Source: Candidatus Tritonobacter lacicola
Lineage (GTDB): Bacteria; Auribacterota; Tritonobacteria; Tritonobacterales; Tritonobacteraceae
Direction of reading: 5' to 3'
Length of the DNA stretch: 64,000 nt
NCBI GenBank assembly: GCA_030765135.1
Contig: JAVCDC010000082.1
Coordinates: forward strand, 4,351 to 68,350
Below the pieces are notes generated by a model. It did not search any database. It was not told where the DNA came from and saw only the letters and a list, made by a program, of their open reading frames with translations. Below, piece by piece: positions 46,186 through 54,335 of the stretch; position 1 is the first letter of the stretch; each line of letters starts with the position of its first letter. The translations under genes were made by a program, and so were the position numbers.

Positions 46186-47106
46186 CTATTCCCTGATTTT
46201 CCCTGAATTCCTTGATTTTCCCTGAAGTTGCGGCCATACCTTGTAGAAGATAAACCACTGGGAGAGATACCGCGCTATGTATTTTTCAAGCACGCCGGCC
46301 AGCTCGCTGTAAATCTCTTCCAGCCGGGCCTCTTTGTCCATGCCAGCGACCGGGGTTATCGGGTCGTCGAATACAAGCCTGAATTCGCCGGCCCTCACCT
46401 GGATCATGAACCCGGGGATAATGGGGACGCCGGTCCTGCAGGAAAACTCCGGCGCGCCCCTTACGAGCGTCGCCTCCTCCCCGAAAAGCATGACCTTTCT
46501 GCCCTTGAAGCTTTCATCCCTGTCGATGACGAAGGTGGCGAGGCCGTTTTCCTTAAGAATTTTCAGGATATGACGAATCTCGAACCCCTCGTGTGCCATA
46601 AGGGCGCCGCTGTTCACGCGCAGGTCCGTGAAAAATTTGTCCAGCCACCTGTTCTCGTGTTTGATCTCCACGGCGCCGAACCTGTACCCCATATCCGTCA
46701 GAACCCTGGGGCCCAGCTCCCAGTTCCCGATGTGGGCCGTTATGGCGATAACGCCGCGGCCGGCTCCGAGGACGCGGTCCAGCTTCTCAACGCCCACTGT
46801 CTCTATCCTGCCTGACCCGGCTCCACGGCCAAAGCTCGCTATATCGAAAAAATCCGCGAGGTGAACGGCGAAGTTCTCGAAGGTCTCGCGCGCCAGCCTG
46901 TTCACCATCACACGCCGGGCCGGGCTCTCATCCTTCCCCCTCGTATAATCCAGTACATGTGCGATATTGCTTCTTACCGCATCCCTGGGCTCCACTGCAA
47001 AAAGATAATAAAGGCGTGCTGTCAATCTCCCGACCTTGTAACTGAGCCACCTCGGGGAGATGGATAGAAGGAACTGGATTAATTTAAACAGAATGTACTG
47101 GAGCAT
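46186..47106 (-). CDS. LpxL/HtrB-family (lysophospholipid / lipid A late) acyltransferase
   Basis: The N-terminal TM is followed by VIAITAHIGNWELG, the family catalytic H-x4-E/D region. The last ~15 codons are encoded by the TTCCCTGA stutter repeat. Confidence 0.7.
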   Translation of the reverse strand: MLQYILFKLIQFLLSISPRWLSYKVGRLTARLYYLFAVEPRDAVRSNIAHVLDYTRGKDESPARRVMVNRLARETFENFAVHLADFFDIASFGRGAGSGRIETVGVEKLDRVLGAGRGVIAITAHIGNWELGPRVLTDMGYRFGAVEIKHENRWLDKFFTDLRVNSGALMAHEGFEIRHILKILKENGLATFVIDRDESFKGRKVMLFGEEATLVRGAPEFSCRTGVPIIPGFMIQVRAGEFRLVFDDPITPVAGMDKEARLEEIYSELAGVLEKYIARYLSQWFIFYKVWPQLQGKSRNSGKIRE

Positions 47107-48226
47107 CGATCAACTCCATAACTGCCTTGGCGGCATCGACGGCAGAGTTCAGTTTGCCCATACTCATGGCCTTACGCCTCACAACAGCCAGTTTCTCCCT
47201 GTCACCCACAAGCTCTCTGGCCAGCCGGACAGCCTCTTCAGGCCGGTCCGCCCTGTACGCCAGACCCTTTTCTATCAAGTAACTCATGTTCTTTTCCTCC
47301 TGGCCCGGCAACGGCGGGAGCGCAATGACCGGCAGTCCCTTGGCCATGGATTCCGCGAGCGTCAATCCCCCCGGTTTGCTTATGACGAGATCCGCCACTT
47401 CCATGAGTTCGTTCAGTCTTTTCACATAGCTCAGCACCATGACATGGCGAGCGCCTAATTTTTCTTTTTCCCTCCTGAGCCGCTGCTTGAGAGCATTATT
47501 CTTCCCGGTGATCACGATGACCTGGATATCATCGGGGTCCTCCATGAAGCCCCGCGCAATCTCCTGCAACGGTCCGATGCCGCTTCCTCCCCCCATGAGA
47601 AGAACAAGCGGTCTCTCCGGGTCCAGCCCCATGCGCTCCCGGACCGCCTCCCCGGCCACGGCCTTGCTGAAGCCGGGATCTATCGGAATGCCGAGAGGCC
47701 TGACCTTATGAACCGGGACGCCGAAACTCACAATATCCTTCATTATTTCCTCATCGGGGACAATATACAAATCAACGCCCTGACATATCCAGTAATAGGG
47801 GATGAAGAAGTCCGTCACCACCGCCACGAGCGGGACGGTAGAACCGGTCTTGCGCTTGTACTCGTCGACCATATTACAGGGAAGACACTGGGTACAGACG
47901 ATAGCGGCGGGGGCGGACTCATCGACAAGTGTGCGTACTTTATCCGTACCAAGACGGTAGGCTATATCCGTGAACTGCTCGAAGAACTTCTCGTTCCTGT
48001 CGCTGTTGTACAGGCGGCCCCATATCCCGGGCCGCTTCTTCATGACCTGAACGAAGAGATTGCTTAATACCCTTTCTATAATCGGGTTGGTGTAGGCGAC
48101 GAGGTTCAGGATGGAGACGTCGACTTCCCCGTCCACACGCCCGAAGGCTTTTTCCAGGGCCCTGGCCGCAGAATGATGGCCGGAGTCCCTGATAGTGTAG
48201 AATATAAATACGTGCTTGCTCCCCAT
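47084..48226 (-). CDS. GT28 glycolipid synthase-like glycosyltransferase (MGDG synthase / UgtP-type)
   Basis: KHVFIFYTIRDSGHHSAARALEKAF at the N-terminus and VLLMGGGSGIGP...ADLVISKPGGLTLAESMAKGLPVI in the C-terminal half. I chose the ATG at 48226. Confidence 0.7.
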   Translation of the reverse strand: MGSKHVFIFYTIRDSGHHSAARALEKAFGRVDGEVDVSILNLVAYTNPIIERVLSNLFVQVMKKRPGIWGRLYNSDRNEKFFEQFTDIAYRLGTDKVRTLVDESAPAAIVCTQCLPCNMVDEYKRKTGSTVPLVAVVTDFFIPYYWICQGVDLYIVPDEEIMKDIVSFGVPVHKVRPLGIPIDPGFSKAVAGEAVRERMGLDPERPLVLLMGGGSGIGPLQEIARGFMEDPDDIQVIVITGKNNALKQRLRREKEKLGARHVMVLSYVKRLNELMEVADLVISKPGGLTLAESMAKGLPVIALPPLPGQEEKNMSYLIEKGLAYRADRPEEAVRLARELVGDREKLAVVRRKAMSMGKLNSAVDAAKAVMELIDAPVHSV

Positions 48227-48227
48227 C

Positions 48228-49415
48228 TCAGGAATCCACATCGAGGTGCTTCTTCAGCCTTGACACAGCCTCCTTCAGGCGCTCCTCTTTCTGGACCAGG
48301 GCGAACCTGACGTAACCCTCCCCGTACTCGCCGAAGCCTGTGCCCGGAGCGACAGCGACGCCGGTTTCTTCCAGGAGAAGCGTCGCGAATTCAAGGGAAG
48401 TCAGGGCACTGTACTTCAAGGGTATTCTCGCCCAGACATAAAACGTTCCCTTTGGCAGGGGAACGTTCCAGCCGATCTCCTTCAAACCGTTTACGAACAC
48501 GTCTCTCCTGCGCCTGTAAATCTCGACCGTCTCCAGCACGTATTCGTCGGAGCCGTCGAGACAGGCTATAGCGGCGCACTGGATAGGCCGGAAAATGCCG
48601 AAGTCGACGTAGCTCTTTGTTTTGGCTATGGATTTCAGTATCCTCCTGTTGCCCACGGCGTAGCCGATCCTCCACCCGGCCATGCTGTACGACTTTGACA
48701 TCGTGTGAAACTCGACCCCGATTGTCCTGGCGTCCCCGACCTGCATCATGCTCGGGGACCGGTAGCCGTCGAAAACAATATCCGAATAGGCAAGGTCATG
48801 GGCCACTATGATATCGTTTTTCTTAGCCCAGGCCACAACGCGCTCAAAGAACTCCAGATCAACGACTGCCGCCGTCGGGTTATGCGGATAGCTGATAAGG
48901 AGGAGCTTTGCCATCCTTACTATATGTTTATCGAGCTTATCAAGCTCGGGCTTGTAATCGTTCCCCGGGCCGAGAGGAAGGTTGTAAAGAATCCCGCCGG
49001 CCATGATCGCCCCGTTAAAGTGGACGGGGTACGCCGGGCTCGGGACAAGCGCGATATCGTCGTTATTTAAAAATGCAAGGGAGAGATGGGCTATCCCCTC
49101 CTTCGCGCCTATCAGGGGAAGGACCTCAGTAGCCGGATCGAGGTCGACGCCGAACTTTCTGCCGTACCAGTCTGCGATAGCCCTCTTGAGATCCTGCTCA
49201 ATCGGCCCATAGCTCTTTGAATAACCGTGGTTATCCGAATCGGCGGCAGCCTCGCAGAGAGCGCTCAACGCCCGGGGCGGAGCTCCGAGGTCCGGATTGC
49301 CCATGCTCAGATCTATTACATCGACCCCCCTCGCGGCCACCTTTTGCTTCAGATCGTCCACAATCGTAAAAAGGTACGGGGGTAGCCTTAGCATCCTGTT
49401 CGCTTCTCGTATCAT
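48228..49415 (-). CDS. Class I/II PLP-dependent aminotransferase (AlaC/DapL-like)
   Basis: LPPYLFTIVDDLK, LSMGNPD, ISYPHNPT and the PLP-lysine region HTMSKSYSMAGWRIGY are present. GGAGGG lies upstream of the ATG. Confidence 0.85.
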   Translation of the reverse strand: MIREANRMLRLPPYLFTIVDDLKQKVAARGVDVIDLSMGNPDLGAPPRALSALCEAAADSDNHGYSKSYGPIEQDLKRAIADWYGRKFGVDLDPATEVLPLIGAKEGIAHLSLAFLNNDDIALVPSPAYPVHFNGAIMAGGILYNLPLGPGNDYKPELDKLDKHIVRMAKLLLISYPHNPTAAVVDLEFFERVVAWAKKNDIIVAHDLAYSDIVFDGYRSPSMMQVGDARTIGVEFHTMSKSYSMAGWRIGYAVGNRRILKSIAKTKSYVDFGIFRPIQCAAIACLDGSDEYVLETVEIYRRRRDVFVNGLKEIGWNVPLPKGTFYVWARIPLKYSALTSLEFATLLLEETGVAVAPGTGFGEYGEGYVRFALVQKEERLKEAVSRLKKHLDVDS

Positions 49416-49541
49416 GAGATTAATTCCCTCCCTGAATGAATACGTATTGTATCCGCTTTCCTGGAAAAAAAACAGTCAACTCTATATAAAACCCGATATT
49501 CTGTCATCAAGAATACAACCGTTCAATAGTCAATTGAGAAA

Positions 49542-49563
49542 GTACCGCGTTCATAACGCGTAC
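49542..49563. promoter_or_regulatory. 22-bp near-palindrome, candidate enhancer (UAS) for a sigma-54 activator
   Basis: GTACCGCGTT-CAT-AACGCGTAC (one bulged C) lies about 140 nt upstream of the -24/-12 element. The function is inferred from position only. Confidence 0.3.
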
Positions 49564-49700
49564 AAATGAAGTATATCTTCAATTCTTGTGAAGAACGTCT
49601 TCATTATTATAACAGGATCGCTCCAGGGATGAAAAACCATGCTTATTGCATTTTGCTCTGCTGCAAGATAATACAGCTAAAATGGTGGATACCGGTCTTC

Positions 49701-49716
49701 TGGAACAATTATTGCA
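49701..49716 (+). promoter_or_regulatory. Sigma-54 (-24/-12) promoter candidate for the pseudopilin operon
   Basis: TGGAAC-AATTA-TTGCA has GG and GC exactly 12 nt apart, as in TGGCAC-N5-TTGCW. Caveat: the -12 GC is only 16 nt from the ATG at 49731. Confidence 0.5.
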
Positions 49717-49730
49717 TGTAATCAGGCGGC

Positions 49731-50201
49731 ATGAAAACCATTTCAGACGAATCCGGTGTGACATTAATGGAGGTATTGATAAGCGTCCTCCTGTTCTCTG
49801 TATTTACAGCCTGTTTTATCTCATCCCTCTGGTTCTGCAACTCAACCGCCAGGTTATCAACCCACAGCATGACTGCATGCAACCTCGCACAGCAGCAGAT
49901 CGAGTGTTTACGGGGAAAGTCATTCGCCAACATAGAGCTCGGCAGCTCCGGAGATGACTACGAAGTCTCCGCGTATTCAGAGGAGTATGTCCAGCTCGAC
50001 ACAGCCATCTACGCGGATATAAACGTTTATGTCGAGGGAAGGGACTTAAACGACAATACCGACAGCGACGGCGACGGGACGTCAAACGCGGGCAAGGACG
50101 TCGTGAGGAAATATATCAAGGTTAACATCGGGTGGACGGAGAGCGGAAAGGAGTACGTCCAGCTGCTGGAGACAATGGTAGCTACCGGTGGCGAGGGTTA
50201 A
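49731..50201 (+). CDS. Prepilin-type N-terminal cleavage/methylation domain protein (GspI/PilV-like minor pseudopilin)
   Basis: MKTISDESG|VTLMEVLISVLLFSVF shows a short leader, Gly, a hydrophobic helix and Glu at +5. Confidence 0.7.
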   Translation: MKTISDESGVTLMEVLISVLLFSVFTACFISSLWFCNSTARLSTHSMTACNLAQQQIECLRGKSFANIELGSSGDDYEVSAYSEEYVQLDTAIYADINVYVEGRDLNDNTDSDGDGTSNAGKDVVRKYIKVNIGWTESGKEYVQLLETMVATGGEG

Positions 50202-50205
50202 AACG

Positions 50206-50739
50206 ATGGTAAAGCCGGGGAGGAACGACGGGTTCACGATGGCGGAGTTGATGATCAGCGTCGTCCTCTCCGGGATCGTGATGGGAGCGATACTTACATT
50301 CTTCCTCACGGGCTATTCGGTGCTTTTCGGGGGCTTCCATCAGATAGCCGCCAAGATGGATTCGCACAGAACAGTCGAGAAGATCGTGGAAGACACGCGC
50401 CATGCCCGCACGGTCAGGCTTTACGACCACTACGACCCGGATCATCCGGGGAGCGAGGTGCAGGAGGGTAATTATCTCGAGCTCTGCTTCCCCACGGGCC
50501 TCGGCAGGGACGACGTCGGGTACTACCTCTCCAGTAACCAGCTTGTGTTCATAGACGACCTGAACGATCAGCAGCCCAATCATATTATGGTCTCGGAGGA
50601 GATCGAGCCCGTTTCCGGATCTTACGTATTCTTCAAGAACACCGGGGGCTACTCCATAAAATTCAAGCACAGGGACGTCAGTACGAAGGACGGGGACCAG
50701 AGAGTGCGTATAATAACCGACGTACAGCCGAGGAATTGA
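50206..50739 (+). CDS. Prepilin-type N-terminal domain protein (GspJ/PilW-like minor pseudopilin)
   Basis: MVKPGRNDG|FTMAELMISVVLSGIVMG has Glu at +5. The ATG at 50206 lies 4 nt after the upstream stop; the track ORF starts at a GTG at 50188. Confidence 0.7.
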   Translation: MVKPGRNDGFTMAELMISVVLSGIVMGAILTFFLTGYSVLFGGFHQIAAKMDSHRTVEKIVEDTRHARTVRLYDHYDPDHPGSEVQEGNYLELCFPTGLGRDDVGYYLSSNQLVFIDDLNDQQPNHIMVSEEIEPVSGSYVFFKNTGGYSIKFKHRDVSTKDGDQRVRIITDVQPRN

Positions 50740-50741
50740 CC

Positions 50742-52886
50742 ATGATCGGATACCGATGGAAAACGAAAAAGAACGCCGGCAGCACCCTGGTAACATCCAT
50801 GATAACGGTGCTGGTCCTCTCCGGCCTCCTCGCAAGCTACCTGGGGCTCGTCAGCGGGGACTACTCCCAGACAAGGCGCTCCAGCGAGAGCAAGAGGGCG
50901 TTCTACGCCGCCGAGGCGTACGTGGAGAAGGTCGTATCCCAGATACTGAACGATTACTCATCGATGCAGATACCGGACTCCGCGAGGCTGTCGGGGCTGA
51001 GCGGCCAGTCCAACTGGCCTTCCTACGAGGGCCTGACGTTCCAGGCCGGGGGGACGGGCGTCTCCGTCGGGGCTTCGGGGAGCGAGGTCATCCAGGAGGG
51101 CAAGCTCAAGGGGTTGTACGAGCTGTACACGGAGTACGATGTACAGGCGGAGGTCATATCCGACTCGAACGGGGCGCGGGCGGCGGTGCAGCAGACCGTG
51201 CGGGCAAGGTTCATAGGCCTCTTCCAGTTCGCGGCGTTCTACGACGAGGACCTGGAGTTCGTGCCCGGGCCGACCGTCACGATGGTCGGCTGGGTCCACT
51301 CCAACAAGGACCTGTGGCTTGACAAGGGCGGTGGAACGCTCTACTTCGACTCATACTGGATCGATGAGAACAACCACTCCCTGGGCAAGGTCTACCCGCG
51401 GGTGACGGCGGCGGGATGCATCTACCAGGGAGACAAGAGCGGCAGGAAGAACGGCGGAGGTTCGGTCAAGATACGGGACAGGCAGGGAGAGGGCGGGGAC
51501 TGGAACGACCAGTATCAGAACATGAAGCAGCCCGGCGTGGACGACGACGGTGACGAATCCTCCGACGAGGACCCCCGCGACGGCGTGGACAACGACGGGG
51601 ACAGCGTGGTGGACGAGGACGACGCGTGGCTGCAGCACACGAACGCCGACTGGCAGGCGACCTCCCAGGAGCTCTGGGACGGCAACGTCCAGGACGTGGC
51701 GCACGGGATGTTCAACCTCAACCTGCCGCTGCCCGAGCTGTCCGAGGAGCTCGAGGAGGAGTACGGCGTCAACAAGGAGATCATCCTGATAGAGAAGGGC
51801 GACGCGGTCGACCCGGACAACTCGCAGGAGCTCGCGGACTACCCGGAGCTGGAGGAGGCGCGGTTCTACTGGCAGGCGGACCTCAGGTTGCTCGTGGAGG
51901 ATGACCGCTTCTTCGACGATGGGACAGAGAAGTACGTCACCGAGACAGAGGTCAAAGGCTACGACGGAGACGGCACCGCCGTCATAAGCGAGACGAAGTA
52001 CTACGACGATGAGGGCTACCGCCTGGACCCGGCGAATGACTACGAAAGGATATGGTCGGACCGGGATGACCAGGAGGAGGGCGAGGAGGACGATATCTGG
52101 CGGAGGAGGACGTTCAACGACGGGCGCGAGTGGGCGACGATGAAGTCGCTTGAGCGGGACGAGTGCGAGGACACCTACGAGAAGCACAACATGGTCACGG
52201 TGGACGTCGATGTCGGCAACCTCATAGACACGATGGACTCGGACAGCGATTTCTGTCTGAAGAACGGCATCCTTTACGTACACCGCGAGGGGTCCCCCTA
52301 CGGTCGCTATGACGGCGTGAGGCTTGTCAACGCGCAGACGATGCCCGACGGGACACAGGCGAACGGGAACGTGAGGGGCCTGACAGTGGCCACGGACAAC
52401 CGCCTTTACGTCCTGGGCAATTACAATACGACGGCCGCGGGAACGTCGAGCCAGCGGCCGGCCGCCATAGCCGGAGACGCCATCAGCATACTCTCGAACT
52501 CGTGGACGGACGAGAAGAGCACGGATAGCCTGAGCAACCGCAGGGCGTCAAACACGACGCTTTACACTGCCATGATGATGGGCAACTACGAGAGCTCCCA
52601 GAACGACTACAACGGGGGACTGGAGAACCTGCCCCGTTTCCTCGAGTATTGGTCCGGTAAGACGGCCAAGATCAGGGGCTCCATGGTGGATCTCTGGTAC
52701 TCGAACGAGAAGATCAGGGACTGGTACGGCAACAAGACTCTGGTCAGCAAGTGGTCGTACGGCAGCTACTACACAGCGCCCAACAGGGACTGGGGCTACG
52801 ACAAGTTCTTCGACGACCCGCTGAACTGGCCCCCGGGGACCCCCATGGTCGTGAGCGTCGGCGCCACGCTGTGGAAAAGGAAATAG
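50742..52886 (+). CDS. Large PilX-N/GspK-like pseudopilin-type protein with acidic Ca-binding-like repeats
   Basis: KKNAG|STLVTSMITVLVLSGLL has no Glu at +5, and is followed by SESKRAFYAAEAYVEKV (PilX_N-like). Tandem units DDDGDESSDED / DNDGDSVVDED lie at 51537-51623. GAGG lies upstream of the ATG at 50742; the track starts at a TTG at 50736. Confidence 0.65.
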   Translation: MIGYRWKTKKNAGSTLVTSMITVLVLSGLLASYLGLVSGDYSQTRRSSESKRAFYAAEAYVEKVVSQILNDYSSMQIPDSARLSGLSGQSNWPSYEGLTFQAGGTGVSVGASGSEVIQEGKLKGLYELYTEYDVQAEVISDSNGARAAVQQTVRARFIGLFQFAAFYDEDLEFVPGPTVTMVGWVHSNKDLWLDKGGGTLYFDSYWIDENNHSLGKVYPRVTAAGCIYQGDKSGRKNGGGSVKIRDRQGEGGDWNDQYQNMKQPGVDDDGDESSDEDPRDGVDNDGDSVVDEDDAWLQHTNADWQATSQELWDGNVQDVAHGMFNLNLPLPELSEELEEEYGVNKEIILIEKGDAVDPDNSQELADYPELEEARFYWQADLRLLVEDDRFFDDGTEKYVTETEVKGYDGDGTAVISETKYYDDEGYRLDPANDYERIWSDRDDQEEGEEDDIWRRRTFNDGREWATMKSLERDECEDTYEKHNMVTVDVDVGNLIDTMDSDSDFCLKNGILYVHREGSPYGRYDGVRLVNAQTMPDGTQANGNVRGLTVATDNRLYVLGNYNTTAAGTSSQRPAAIAGDAISILSNSWTDEKSTDSLSNRRASNTTLYTAMMMGNYESSQNDYNGGLENLPRFLEYWSGKTAKIRGSMVDLWYSNEKIRDWYGNKTLVSKWSYGSYYTAPNRDWGYDKFFDDPLNWPPGTPMVVSVGATLWKRK

Positions 52887-52890
52887 TTAT

Positions 52891-52997
52891 GAAAATAAGA
52901 TAATAAGTAAAAAATAAGTTCCCCGGCTTCGTCCCCATTTCCTTGTATTTCCGTATTCCCTTATTACTTTATTCTCTTATTTCCTTATTATCTTATT
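52891..52997. terminator. AT-rich long inverted repeat between convergent genes (candidate bidirectional terminator)
   Basis: GAAAATAAGATAATAAG (52891-52907) pairs with CTTATTATCTTATT (52984-52997) for 14 perfect bp. The whole spacer is built from AATAAG/CTTATT words. Confidence 0.4.
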
Positions 52998-53009
52998 ATT
53001 TTATATTTC

Positions 53010-54335
53010 CTATTTAAAGTCTTTTGAGCTCATGCCGAGGTTCTTCAGCTTTTCATAGAGGGCCCTCGAGCTTATCCCCATCTCGATAGCCGCGCGGGTG
53101 ACGTCCCCCCCCTCTTTCTTCAGGACATCCTCGATGAACTTCCTGTCGAAATCCGCAAGGGCCCCTTTTCTGGCACTGCGGTAATCAAGGATCTCCGCGG
53201 AACAGGTCCCCTTAATCCTGTCCGGGATGTCCTCCAGTCCCATGACGCCGCCCGTGCTCACCGTGCACGCATGTTCGATGACGTTCTCCAGTTCCCTGAC
53301 ATTGCCCGGCCACCCGTACACCAGCAGCAGCTTCAGAGCCTCGCCGTTGAATTTTTTCTCTCTCCGGGTACTTATCAGAAAATGATCGATCAGGAGCGCT
53401 ATGTCCCCGGGCCTTTCCCTGAGAGGAGGGACATGGATGGAGACGACATCGAGCCTGTAATAAAGGTCCTTGCGGAACCTTCCCTCCTCAACGTCCCACC
53501 TGAGGTTACGATTTGTGGCTGCGATGACCCTTACATCCACGGGATAAAAATCATCTCCTCCCACCGGACGGACTCTCATATCCTCCAGGAGCCGGAGAAA
53601 CTTGGCCTGGAGCCCCAGGCCGAGATTTGCCACCTCATCGAGAAATACCGTCCCCCCGTCGGCCGACCGGATAAGTCCCACACGCTCCTCGTCGGCCCCC
53701 GTGAACGCTCCCTTCTTATGGCCGAAAAGCTCGCTCTCCAGGAGGCTCTCGCTCAGGGCGCCGCAGTCAATCGCCACGAACGGCCCCCCGGCTCGCGCGC
53801 TCCCTCCATGGATTGCCCGTGCCACCAGCTCCTTGCCCGTCCCGCTCTCCCCCTGGATAAGGACGGTAACCTCGCTTTTCGCCACCTTGTGAATAAGCTC
53901 ATGGACCCTGCGAATGGCCCCGCTGTCGCCGATGATCCCATCCACCCGGGTCCCGGAGGGAGGGGCAGCCTCCAGGAGCTTTTTCTCGCGGACGTTCTTC
54001 GCAATCATGTCTATCTGGGCGGCATCGAACGGCTTGGTAATGTAATCAACGGCCCCTCTCCTGATCGCCTCCACCGCGGTCTCGACCGAGGCATACGCCG
54101 TCATCATCACTATATCGGCGGCAGGATCCAGGGCCTTTATCTTTTCGATAACGCCCATACCGTCGAGCCCCTCCATCTTCAGGTCGACGACGACCAGATC
54201 CGGGGACTCTTTCCTGAAGAGCTCCACCCCCTCCTCCCCCGCCCCGGCATCACACACTTCGTGTCCGAGGACGGAGAGGGAATCGAAAAGGTACTGTCTC
54301 ACGCGCCTGTCATCATCTATTACCAGGATCTTCAC
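53010..54335 (-). CDS. Sigma-54-dependent response regulator (NtrC/PilR-type bEBP)
   Basis: A receiver domain (MKILVIDDD...VVVDLKM), an AAA+ domain with GESGTGKELVARAIH and ELFGHKKGAFTGA (GAFTGA loop), and a C-terminal Fis-type HTH (GDVTRAAIEMGISSRALYEKLK) are present. Confidence 0.9.
   Translation of the reverse strand: MKILVIDDDRRVRQYLFDSLSVLGHEVCDAGAGEEGVELFRKESPDLVVVDLKMEGLDGMGVIEKIKALDPAADIVMMTAYASVETAVEAIRRGAVDYITKPFDAAQIDMIAKNVREKKLLEAAPPSGTRVDGIIGDSGAIRRVHELIHKVAKSEVTVLIQGESGTGKELVARAIHGGSARAGGPFVAIDCGALSESLLESELFGHKKGAFTGADEERVGLIRSADGGTVFLDEVANLGLGLQAKFLRLLEDMRVRPVGGDDFYPVDVRVIAATNRNLRWDVEEGRFRKDLYYRLDVVSIHVPPLRERPGDIALLIDHFLISTRREKKFNGEALKLLLVYGWPGNVRELENVIEHACTVSTGGVMGLEDIPDRIKGTCSAEILDYRSARKGALADFDRKFIEDVLKKEGGDVTRAAIEMGISSRALYEKLKNLGMSSKDFK

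Noticed and set aside
46176-46228. CRISPR-like appearance of the short repeated words, here and at 23991-24043, 39603-39632 and 59768-59814.
   Set aside because: The units are 7-11 nt, contiguous and degenerate, without unique spacers of regular length. No cas genes are present.
51351-52283. A 310-aa minus-strand ORF antisense to the large PilX-N-like gene.
   Set aside because: Its Val/Leu/Arg-rich translation is simply the complement of the GAC/GAG/GTC-rich acidic codons. The plus-strand frame carries the pilin-type N-terminus and continuous coding signal.
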